In this document: piece by piece, positions 22,819-34,800 of the stretch
How the letters are laid out: every line of letters starts with the position of its first letter
Position numbering within the stretch: position 1 is the first letter of the stretch
Origin: Cetorhinus maximus
Lineage: Eukaryota
Assembly: GCF_964194155.1 (NCBI RefSeq)
Contig: NC_135887.1
Coordinates: 25,668,001-25,732,000 of the forward strand
DNA length: 64,000 nucleotides
Reading direction: 5' to 3'
Translations under genes and position numbers: made by a program
Notes under the pieces: generated by a model
Databases searched by the model: none
What the model saw: the letters and a program-made list of their open reading frames with translations, nothing else
Told to the model about the DNA's origin: nothing

Positions 22819-25800
22819 GTAGGCCTGATGAACGTGGCTCGAGAGGTGGGGCGTTTGGGGCAGAGGGAAGAGGGTGGAAGTGGGGGGAAGGTTGGAGCAG
22901 TGGAGGTGGGGGAGGGCAGTAGACATAGATTATATGAGCAGTCATTGAGGAGAGGAGCTCTTATTGCAATAATAGTGCCACACAAGACTTGATGTTCCTG
23001 CCACTAATCAGCCCCCATGGATCAGTCACTATATCTTTGCTGCACTCTCTCCCTGTCTTTCTTTCTCTCTCTCTCTCTCACTCTATCTCTCACTGACTCT
23101 CTCACTTTCTCATTGTCGCTCACTCTGTCTCTCTCACTATCTCTTTCTCACTCTGTCTCTGTATTCTTCTCGCTCTCTCTCACTCAGTCTCACTCTCTCT
23201 CCCTCACTCTCTCTCTCACTATCTCACTGTCTCACTCTGTCTCTCCCTGCCTCTCTGTCTATTTCTCACTCTCTCTTTCTCTCCCTCTGCCTCACTCCCA
23301 CTCTCTGTCTCTCACTCTCTCCCTCTCNNNNNNNNNNNNNNNNNNNNNNNNNNNNNNNNNNNNNNNNNNNNNNNNNNNNNNNNNNNNNNNNNNNNNNNNN
23401 NNNNNNNNNNNNNNNNNNNNNNNNNNNNNNNNNNNNNNNNNNNNNNNNNNNNNNNNNNNNNNNNNNNNNNNNNNNNNNNNNNNNNNNNNNNNNNNNNNNN
23501 NNNNNNNNNNNNNNNNCTCACTTTCTCTCTCTGTCTCCCTCTCTCTGCCTTGCTTTATCTCTCTCGCTGTATGTGTATCTCTCACTCTCGATCTCTGTCC
23601 CTCTCTCTCTTTCTCTCTCTCTCTCGTGGAATCGTCCCAGATTGGCACTAACGCAGTAGCAGGCAGAATAAAGAACAGTTTGCCAGCTGACCGCAATGGC
23701 GGCTTTTCACACCGTATCATCCCAATCCCGCCTCATTAATCATGCAATCCCTGGGAATACATTGTTTCCATGGTGGGCGGGCTCTCATTCACCCGCCACG
23801 TCATCACCTCCCCGCTTCATCACGCTGGGCGCCATCTTTAAAGTGCAGCCGTGCGCACACCTCTCAGTGCTTCCAGCCCAGGACTGCTGCACAGAAGACA
23901 AGAAGACTGCAGCCCCCCCAGTTTAATGACACGGCCCTCAAGCACCTTTGGATGCACTGGAGGCTGCCGTGATTTCCCCTACCCCTGCTCTGGCCACAGG
24001 AAGGGCAGCAACATCACCAATCCGGCATGGGAGGAGGTGACAGTGGTGGTCAGTGCCAATACCCTGCAAAAGAGGACAGCCACCCAGTGCCACAAGAGGA
24101 TGAATGATCTCCTCCGTTCCACCAGGGTAAGTCACTCTTCTCATCACTCACAACTCACACACTCACAAACCCATCACACGCCCACAGGGCCCTCACTCAC
24201 TGCCAGCTCAAGGGACATCACCATTCACTCTCTCACACTCACCGTCACTGTCCTCATCCCGTCCATGGGAACACTCACTACCCACATATACCAGGCATAC
24301 TTATCATCTGGCCTGGCAGGCATCCTGATACCCTCTTCCCATCTCTATTCATGCAGGATAAACTGGCTCACAACAAGAGGGAGAGGTCGCAGACTGGTGG
24401 AGGAATGTCTGAAATCAAGTTCCTCACGAACTTTGAAAACAGAGCCATCCAGCTGGCTGGTGATGACCGGGACCGGTCCTGTGCTGATGGTGAGGTTGGC
24501 GCTGCTCTACCAAGTGAGGATCCAGCAGTGCAACATCCATCAGACAACCTGTGAGTGATGTATCCTGTTCTGCAGTCCCCTGCCATGCACTAATTATCTC
24601 TCCTTGCTTTTGCAGGCATATCTGGGAAACAACTGAGGGGGTCCAGGGCCCAGGGCCTCGACTCAAGCTCTGAAGAAACCTCTGAAGAGGAATCTGAAGG
24701 CACCCTCCCTGAAACCCCGTCACAGCGCTCACCCACACCCCCCACCAGCGCAGACACACACCTCGGTGGGACCTAGCTTTAGAGTAGCCTCGGGATCACA
24801 ATCTGGTGAGCACATCGCACTTTCTGATCCACAGCAGGCGGAGGCAGGGATTTCCCAGGTCCCCGGCACTCGGAGGACTGCTGGAGGCCAGAACGTTGCT
24901 GAGTCCGAGTCGGATGATGAACCTCTGGACTCGGTCATGTCACAGTTGCTGGAGCTGCAAAGGCAAGCTCGGGAACATCAGGGAGGGATGTCCGCTGCCC
25001 TCAGGTTGCAAAGCACGATGGATGGAGCTGAGGTGATAGCACCGGCATTGCAACGCACTGAGGTCAACACTGGCAGGATGGCGGCCACCATGGAGACCTT
25101 GGTCCAGGACATCGCTCCTGCACTGCTGCACAGGCTTAACTCCATTGCCACAGTTGGCTTCCAACAGTGTGCATGCGAGAGGGGTGCTGAGTAGCTCAAA
25201 TTCACTCCAGCTTCCCTTTCTCCTCATGGAGTCAGCCAGGGGCCTTTGGGCACCCATAGGGAGGAGGATCAGCAGGTGCACACCCCGAGGACATCCACCC
25301 AGGTGACTCCAGGAGTGTCCAGCCCATCCAAATCCCCTCTTCCTGTGACACCAGCAGCTCCAGCTCCACAGGCTGAGGAGGGTGCCACTGCCACACAGCA
25401 GGACCCCGAAAGCAGGTCGGGGCCCTCCAGGTCTCGGCCCTCCAGAGGACGCCCGCCAAGGTCATCACAGACAGGGCGTCACAGTCAGCAGGCTGCCTCC
25501 ACCACCGCTGTGGATCTTGGGGGAGCACCAAGACGCAGTGGCAGGGTTAGGAAAGTTAAGAAGATGTATATTTAGTGACAGCCTTGGTGCCCTCGGTGAC
25601 GGCGTGTTTGGCCAGTTCCCCCGGCAACAGGAGGCGGACGGTGGTCTGGATCTCCCGGGAAGAGATGGTGTGCCGTTTGCTGTAGCTGATCAGGTGGGAA
25701 GCCTCGCAGGTGATGCACTCGAAGATGTCGTTGACGAACGAGTTGATGACACTCATGGCTGAAGAGGAAATGCCGGTGTCGGGGTGGACTTGCTTCAGCA

Positions 25801-28800
25801 CCTTGTAGATATAGATGCTGTAGCTCTCCTTCCTGCTTTTCTTGCGCTTCTTCTCACCTTTGCCGCGTTTCTTAGTGGCAGTTTTCTTTGGCCCCTTTTT
25901 GGGGGCCATGCCCTTAGCTGCCGCTTCAGGCATTGCGAATGAAAGTGGTGACTAAGAAGAGTTAGTTGCACAGCCTGAGCGCGGGTGTTAATCACTTGTA
26001 AATAATGTTCACTATTGTCAATAAACTCCCAAGAATGTCTCCCTGCCTATGGCTCTTTGTTCTGATTAGCAGTGTTTGTGTCACTCAGATGTAAAACCTT
26101 GGTTCCTGCACAAGATAAAGGCAGGTGTCTCAGTCCAGGGCCTCTTCCCTGTGCAGTGTGTGGTGTGGCGTCACACTCACTGGACACATTACTGATGCCT
26201 GCATCTCTAAGGTGCTGGTCATTGCTGCCAGAATGTAATTTCTCTCTCTCTCTCTCACCCTTTTTCTCCCTCTCTCACTCTGTATCTCTCTCACACACAC
26301 TGTCTCTCACTCTCTCTCTCACTCTCTCTCACATATGCTGTCTCTCACTCTCTCTCTCACACATGCTGTCTCTCACTCTCTCCCTCACACATGCTGTCTC
26401 TCACTCTCTCTCTCTCTGTTTCCCTCTCTCTGTCTCTCTCTCTTTATCTGTCTCTTTCTCTCCCTCTCTCTTTCACTCTTTCTCTTACTCTGTCTCTCCC
26501 TTTCTCACTCTTTCTCTCATTCTGTCTATCTTTCACTCTATCTTTCTCTCTTTCTGTCTTTAGGTATCCCTCTCTTACTCAGTCGCTCTCTCTCTCTCCC
26601 TCTCTCGCTCTGTCTTTCTCTTTGCCTCTCACTCTTTCATTTTTTTTATTCATTCCTGGGATGTGGGCTTCGCTGGCTGGGCCAGCATTTATTGCCCATC
26701 CCTAATTGCCCTTGAGAAGGTGGTGATGAGCTGCCTTCTTCAACCGCTGCAGTCCATGTGGTGTAGGTACACCCACAGCGCTGTTAGGGAGGGAGTTCCC
26801 TCTCTCACTCCGTCTTTCTCTCACACACTTTTCTGTGTCTCTGTCTCTCTCTTTCTCTATTTCTCCTCTCTCTCTGACACTCTTTCTCTCAGTCAGTCTC
26901 TCTCTCACACCTTATCTCTCTCTCTGTCTCTCTCTATCTCTCCCTCTCTCACCCTGTCTATCTTTCACTCTATCTCTCTCCCTCACTCTTTCTGTCTTTC
27001 AGTATCCCTCTCTCATTCTCTCCCTCTCTCTCTCTCTCACACTCTTTCTCTCACTCTCTCTCACACTCTATATCTTTGTATCTCTTTCACTGTGTGTCTC
27101 TCTCTCTGTTTCTCCCTGTATATCTCTGTCACTGTCATTCCCTCTCACTCTCTTCTCTCTCTGTCTCTCTCTTTCTCTGTCTCTCTCTCTCTCTCTTACA
27201 CACTATCTCTCACTCTTCTCTGTCTTTCTCTCTCTGTCTCGCTCACTCTCTCTGTCTCCCTTGCTCTGTCTCCCTCTCTCTCACTCACTCACTCATTCTC
27301 TCTCTGTCTCTCACACTCTCTACCTCTCTCTCTCTCTCTGTTTCTCTGTCTCCCCCTGTCTCACTCACTCATTCACTGTCTCTCTCTATGTCGCTCCCTC
27401 TGTTTCTCTCTCCCTNNNNNNNNNNNNNNNNNNNNNNNNNNNNNNNNNNNNNNNNNNNNNNNNNNNNNNNNNNNNNNNNNNNNNNNNNNNNNNNNNNNNN
27501 NNNNNNNNNNNNNNNNNNNNNNNNNNNNNNNNNNNNNNNNNNNNNNNNNNNTTCTTTGTCTCTCACTCTGTCTCTCTCTGTCACTCATTCACTCTGTCTC
27601 TCNNNNNNNNNNNNNNNNNNNNNNNNNNNNNNNNNNNNNNNNNNNNNNNNNNNNNNNNNNNNNNNNNNNNNNNNNNNNNNNNNNNNNNNNNNNNNNNNNN
27701 NNNNNNNNNNNNNNNNNNNNNNNNNNNNNNNNNNNNNNNNNNNNNNNNNNNNNNNNNNNNNNNNNNNNNNNNNNNNNNNNNNNNNNNNNNNNNNNNNNNN
27801 NNNNNNNNNNNNNNNNNNNNNNNNNNNNNNNNNNNNNNNNNNNNNNNNNNNNNNNNNNNNNNNNNNNNNNNNNNNNNNNNNNNNNNNNNNNNGTCCCAGA
27901 TTTGCACTAAGTGTGGTAATGGTGTTTTACCCGCTGGCCGTGATGGCGGCTGTTCACGCTGTTTCGTCCCAAACCCGCCGCATTAATTATGCATTCCCGG
28001 GATACACACCGTTTCCATGGCGGGCAGGCTCCAATTCCCCCGCCATGCCGTCACCTCGTTGCTTCATCACGCCAGGCGCCGTATTTAAAACACAGTCACG
28101 TTCAGTGCTCCCAGCCCAGGATCGCAGCAAAGAAATGGCCCCAAAAGACAAGAAGACTGCAGCCCTCGAGCACCTTTTGGATACCGTGGAGGCCAATGCG
28201 ATGTCCTCTACCCCCGCTCTGGCCACAGGAGGGGCAGCAACGTTATCACTCCAGCTTGGTAAGCAATAGTAGTGGGATCAGTGTCAATGCTGCACAGAAG
28301 AGGTTGTCCATCCAATGCAGATAGAGGATGAATGATCTCATCCGTGCAGCCAAGGTATGGCAACCATCACTCTAAACTCACACATTCACTGGCATCTCAC
28401 TCTCTGCCAGCTCAAGGGACATCACCACTCACTCTCTCACACACAGACCCTCACATGTCCATCTAGCCTCATCTCCTCTGGAGACTGCTTCCTCAGCCCT
28501 CACCATCTTGAGGCCACTTGCACAGATCAACATGTGCCCCACACACATCCTGGGATACCCTCCTTCCCCAGTACAGCCCTCACCCTGCAGCCTCTTCTCT
28601 TGCCTGAGGCCACTTCTCCCCCTTCCCCAAGGAAGCCCTAGCCCCACAGCCGTTGAAAAGCCCCCCCATGTGGCTGATCTGGTAGGTGTGTTGGGGCCGT
28701 GTGACATTGGCAAGACTGCCTTGTGCTGGAAAAATAGCTGAAAATTGATCCCGAAACTCCCCACATTGGCTTCTGGCCACAGATTTGCCAGTGGCCTTGT

Positions 28801-31800
28801 CAGTGTATAATGGAGGTGATGGGGGGTCTCATCCATTGGCTGCGGAGCTGGTGAATGCTCCCCATTGCTTCTTATTGGGAAGGCCGGCTGCAGTAGGTGC
28901 CAGGCATGGATCAAAGACTCCAGAGGCAGGAATCTTGCCCACCAAGAGCTGCTGGCCAATCAGATCCTGCCAGCTGTGCATTCCTCGGCTGTGCAGGGAG
29001 GTAGTGGTCCCCACTGACCACCTTCTGCCTCATTAAATGTTCCTCCCAGCACCAAATTCACCATGGGGAGAAGGGGGTCAGGGCATTATATTCCCCTTAG
29101 GACTCAGTCCAGAGGTGGGAACTCGTTGGTAATCCAGCCTGACACAGGGGTGTCATGTCCTCCCCCCGGAACCTTTGGTGGTGTGGGGCATTTAATCAGG
29201 TGGGAGGGTGACATGTAGGGACCGCACCGCCTTCCTGCCTCCATCCTGGTTAAATTCATGGCAGGATGGCACATGGATGCCCTTCTCTCCCTGCCACAAA
29301 TTGAAGCCCTTAAGTGGGCAATTAGTGCCTCAAACCATGGCAGCTGGTATTAAATACCACCCATTGTTTCCTAATGCTACCTCTCTCTTTCTCTTTCTGT
29401 AGCTCACTCTCTGTGCACCCCTCACCCTGGCTGGAAGTTTCCGATCCCATTGGCAGCGGGTGTCATGGTGGGTGTGAGCAGACAATATGGTGAGAAGACC
29501 ACAAATCGGCCTCACGCCACCATGAAACCAGTTTGTGACTGTCCGCTCCACCCTTCAATGGCGGAGCCATGTTTCCCACTGCCGCCTGTCGGGAACCTAA
29601 TTTCAATACTTTAACATCTCAGTATAAGACCTGCTCACCGGAATCATCCCCCCACCCCACTTGCTGGATCATCCCCCCCTCGCTGGATCATCCCCCCTCC
29701 ACACTGGATCACCCCCCCCTTTCGCTGGATCATCCCACCCCACTTGATGGATCATCCCCCCCCCATCACTGGATCATCCCCGCCCCCTCCCCCCATGCTG
29801 GATCATTCCCCCCCCACCCCCCCCTCACTGGATCATCCCACCCCCCCACCTCACTGGATCATTCCCCCCTCCCCCCCTCACTGGATCATCCCCCCCGCCC
29901 CCCTCCCTATGCTGGATCATCCCCCCATACCTTGCTGGATTATCCCCCCCCACCACGCTGGATCATCCCCCCCACCACGCTGGATCATCCCCCCCACCAC
30001 GCTGGATCATCCCCCCCCCCCCTCGCTGGATCATCCCCCCCCACCACGCTGGATCATCCCCCCCTACCACGCTGGATCATCCCCCCCACCACGCTGGATC
30101 ATCCCCCCCCCTCGCTGGATCATCCCCCCCACCACGCTGGATCATCCCCCCCCACCACGCTGGATCATCCCCCCCCACCACGCTGGATCATCCCCCCCCA
30201 CCACGCTGGATCATCCCCCCCCCCCTTGCTGGATCATCCCCCCCCACCACGCTGGATCATCCCCCCCCACCACGCTGGATCATCCCCCCCCACCACGCTG
30301 GATCATCCCCCCCCACCACGCTGGATCATCCCCCCCCACCACGCTGGATCATCCCCCCCCCCCCCCTCGCTGGATCATCCCCCCCCACCACGCTGGATCA
30401 TCCCCCCCCACCACGCTGGGTCATCCCCCCCCCTCGCTGGATCATCTCTCCCCCCCTCCCCCCTCCCCACCAATGCTGGATCATCCCCCCCCACACTGGA
30501 TCACCCCCCCCCCTCGCTGGATCATCCCACCCCCCTTGATGGATCATCTCCCCCCCATCACTGGATCATCCTCACCCCCTCCCCCCATGCTGGATCATCC
30601 CCACCCCCACCCCTCACTGGATCATCCCCCCCCCCCTCCCTCGCTGGATCATCCCCCCCCCCACGCTGGATCATCCCCACCCCCACCCCTCACTGGATCA
30701 TCCCCCCCCCCCCACGCTGGATCATCCCCTCCCCCCATGTTGGATCATCCCCTCCCCCACGCTGGATCATCCCCTCCCCCCATGTTGGATCATCCCCCCC
30801 CCCCCACGCTGGATCATCCCCTCCCCCCATGTTGGATCATCCCCTCCCCCACGCTGGATCATCCCCTCCCCCCATGTTGGATCATTCCCCCCCCCAGTGC
30901 TGGATCATCCCCCCCCCCCCCCACGCTGGATCATCCCCTCCCCCACCCCTCACTGGATCATCCCCCCCCCCCCCCCACGCTGGATCATTCCCCCCCCCAA
31001 TGCTGGATCATCCCCCGCCATGCTGGATCCCCCGGGCACACCGGAGTGATTGTTGACGTTTTTCACAACTGAACATAAATGACTATAGCACTCGGTGAGC
31101 TGCACTTCACTTGGGACCTTGAGGTTGATTTGCCAACCTTGCTTCGGGCAGCACTCGTGGTCATCAGTGCCAGGCTTCGCAGGCAGCAACACTTCACTTT
31201 TAGGGGGGCTCATGGGCAGGTCTGGACCTACCAGACCAGCCGTAAGGCGGGGGGGGCTTTTCAACGGCGGCAGGGCTAGGGCTTGTTCGGGGAAGGGGGA
31301 GATGTGGCCTCAGGCAAGGGAAGATGCTGCAGGGTGAGGGCTGTACTGGGGAAGGGGGATATCCCAGGGTTTGTGTGGGAACACATGTTGATCTGTGCAA
31401 GTGGCCTCAAGCAGGTGAGGGCTGAGGAGGCAGTCTCCAGAGGAGATGAGGCCAGATGGAGATGTGATGGTTTGTGTGAGAGAGTGAGTGGTGATATCCC
31501 TTGAGCTGGCAGTGAGTGAGATGCCAGTGAATATGTGATGGGCTTGTGAGTGTGTGAGTTTGGAGTGATGAGATGGTTGCCTTACGCTGGTGGCATGGAT
31601 GAGATGATTCACCCTTTATCTGCACTGGATGGTCGACCTCTTGCATGCAGCATTGGCACTGACCACCTCTGCCACTGCCTCCCAAGCCGGAGTGGTGAGG
31701 CTGATGGGCTTCCTGTGGCCAGAGCAGAGGTAGAGGACATCGCGGTGAGCCTTGACGGTGTCCAGAATGCATTCCAGGGATGCATCACTGAATTGGGGGG

Positions 31801-34800
31801 GCTGCACTCTTCTTGGCTTTTTGGGCCATGTCTTCACTGGAGTGGTCCTGAGCTGCAAGCATTGAGAAGTGTGCACACGGCTGCAGTTTAAATATGGCGA
31901 CCAGAGTGAGGAAGCGGCAAGGTAATGGCATGGCGGGCAAATCAGAGGCGTGTCTCCTATGGCTGCATAATTAATGAGGCGGGAATGGAACGTTATGTTG
32001 TGAAAACCTCCTGCTGCTACCGGACTTTGTGCACATCTGGACAATTCCGCCTCTCTCTCTCTCTCTCACACTCTTTCTCTCCCTCTCTCTCCGTTCCTCT
32101 CTCTCTCTCAATTTCTGTGATCTGCTCTTTATCTCTCTCACTCTCTCACCCCCTCTCATTCTCTTTCTATAATTCTATCTCCCCCTCTCTCTCATCATCT
32201 CTCTCACTCAGTTTCTCTCACTCCCTCCCTCCACTCTTGCTCTATCTTTCACTCTCTCCCACTCTCTTACTCTCTGTGATCCCCCTCTCTCACGCCTTCT
32301 CCCCTCTTATTCTTTCTCTCAACTCTCTGTTTCTCACTCAATCTCATTCTCTCACTCCTTCTCTGATTCTTTCTCTCGTTCCCCGCTCACTCTCTCTCTA
32401 ATCCCCCCTCTCTCTTATGCTCTCTCTCCCCCTTCTCACTCTCTCTCTCATAATTTCTCTCCCCAACTCTTTCTAACTCTCTCTCTCTAACTCTCTCTCT
32501 CTCTCGTGCTATCTCTGCATCTCCTCACTCTCTATCTCTCATTCTTCCTCTTCCCCCACTCTCTCTCTAACTCTCTTTCTCTCAGTCTCACTCTCTCACC
32601 CCACTGGGTGCTGATGCTGGTGTCTCTTGTGTTTTGCAGTTGGAGTTACAACCAATTCCCCCAACACCAGACTCCACCTTTTGGTGATCTCAGCTCCGCT
32701 GATACTGACAGTGGCTGCAGTTTGTCTCATCGTGTGGTTCAAGAAGTGAGTGACCCAACAGGAGCCTCCGTTCAGGGATAGAGGAGACAGGTTCCCTACA
32801 CAAGATGCTCAGCTCTTCTCTGAAACACCTAATCACTGCACCATTATCCCCTGCAACTCTAAACACCTCACGCATCAGACGTGGGCAACGCTGGCAGGGT
32901 CAACATTTATTGCCCATTCCCTAGATGCCCTGGTTTGGGGCTCACTAAACAGGTTAATGGGTGGGGCACACAGGCTGGTGTGATGTGTCGGTGATTTAAC
33001 CACTTATGTTTGGAGATCGAGAATGATGAATGATACAGTCTCACACTAAATCCAACCTTTATTGAGAATTTTGAACAAAGCCATTTCAATTAAATCATAC
33101 AGTTACTCCTCAGGTGGTCAATCCGAGATGACTGTAGGTCATTTAGGAGTGATCTTTGACCGAGATCTTCCTGCTTGGCTCACCGACACTCTTCCCTTCA
33201 ACATAGACTTCCTCATTGAGAGCTTCTGTGTGGGACCTTTTCAGGGGTTTACATACAGAATGCAGTTTGTAAAGAATTCATGCACAATCCCCCTCTGGAT
33301 GAGGATTGGTTAATTGGGTGCATGATCGGCTGTTGGTTGGTTAGTATATTCCCAAGTTGTCTTCCATAGGCATAACCATATAAGGACTTTTACCTGTCCT
33401 CTCTGATTAACTCTCTGGTTTCGATCAGTTTGCTATGATTAACTATCTGGTTTTGATCAGTTTGCTGTGCTTACCTGTTGCATTTCAATGTAAATTGTCC
33501 TAATCAATTCAATATCATTGCAATTAACAAGTATGGATGCAATTAGCAAGTATCGCACCAATCCGGTTTCCACATTACAAACACTGCTCTAAACTGATGG
33601 CCAATCAATTACATCTTTCATTACAGATGGGCAGACGGGGCTGGTAGGATGGGCAGATGGGTTGCTGTGTGGCTGATGCAGTTTCAAATCTTTTATTCCC
33701 TGTGTTCCATGTTCTAGAACAAAGCAAAAATGCAGAAAACCTTGGGGGAATCAAATAAAACTGGGAAACAACATTCCAGAGGCAAGGAACAGAGTGTCAT
33801 TGGTGAAGGTTCTCCCTTCACCTCGACATTTGTCATCAACGCATCGAAGCACCAGTGAATTACGTTCATCACACACAGCAGCAGGAACACAAAGTTTACA
33901 GGTACAAGTGTGTACACAACCACCATATATCTGTATATACACAACCAGGGTATATCTGTGTATACACAACTGGGGTATCTCTGTGTATACACAACTGGGG
34001 TATATTAGTGAATACACAACTGGGGTATCTCTATGTATACACAACTGGGGTATATCAGTGTATGCACAACCGCCGTATATCTGTATATACACAACTGGGG
34101 TATATCTGTCTATACACAACTGGGGTAACTCTGTGTATACACAACTGGGGTATATCAGTGTATACACAACCGCTGTATATCTGTATATACACAACCGGGG
34201 TATATCTGTGTATACACAACTGGGGTATCTCTGTGTATACACCACTGGGGTATATCAGTGTATACACAACCGGGGTATATCTTATGTTAGGGTTCATTAC
34301 ACAGGGATAGGAGTAAAAGAATAAATAAGTCTTGTTGTAATCACACCTGGAATACTGAGTACAGTTTTGATCCCCTTATCTAAGGAAGGATATACTTGCC
34401 ATAGAGGCAAAGCAACAAAGGTTCACTAGACTGATGTCTGGGAGAGAGCGATGCCCCATGAGGAAAGATTATGTAGAATGGGCCGATAGTCCCTGGAGCT
34501 TATACGAGTGAGAGAGGTAGCATTTGAGCATCTCAAATTCATCAGAACACAACATTCCAGAGACAAGGGACAGAGTGTCACTGGTGAAGGGTGGATACTG
34601 AGAGGTTGTTTCCCCTAGCTGGGGAATCTAGAATACAGAGGCACAGTTGCAGGGCAAGGTGTCAGTCATCGAGGGCTGAGGTGAAGAGAAATAGCTTTAT
34701 TCAAAGAACTGTGAATCTTTGGAATTTTCTATCCCAGAGAGAGCTGTGGATGCTCAAGACTGAGATCGATAGATTGTTGGACTCAAAGGGAAGCGGGGGT

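Noticed and set aside
22246-27892. N runs as biological features
   Set aside because: Assembly or masking gaps inside GA/CT microsatellites. They could hide small exons of the kinase gene, so the 5' gene model remains provisional.
29569-31072. Long Pro-rich ORFs (495 and 442 aa)
   Set aside because: They are translations of the C-rich minisatellite, open in several frames. The same applies to ORFs over the arrays at 5590-6621, 17056-17434, 19243-19776, 21419-22147, 26663-28269, 33751-34324, 46066-46690 and 63082-63654.
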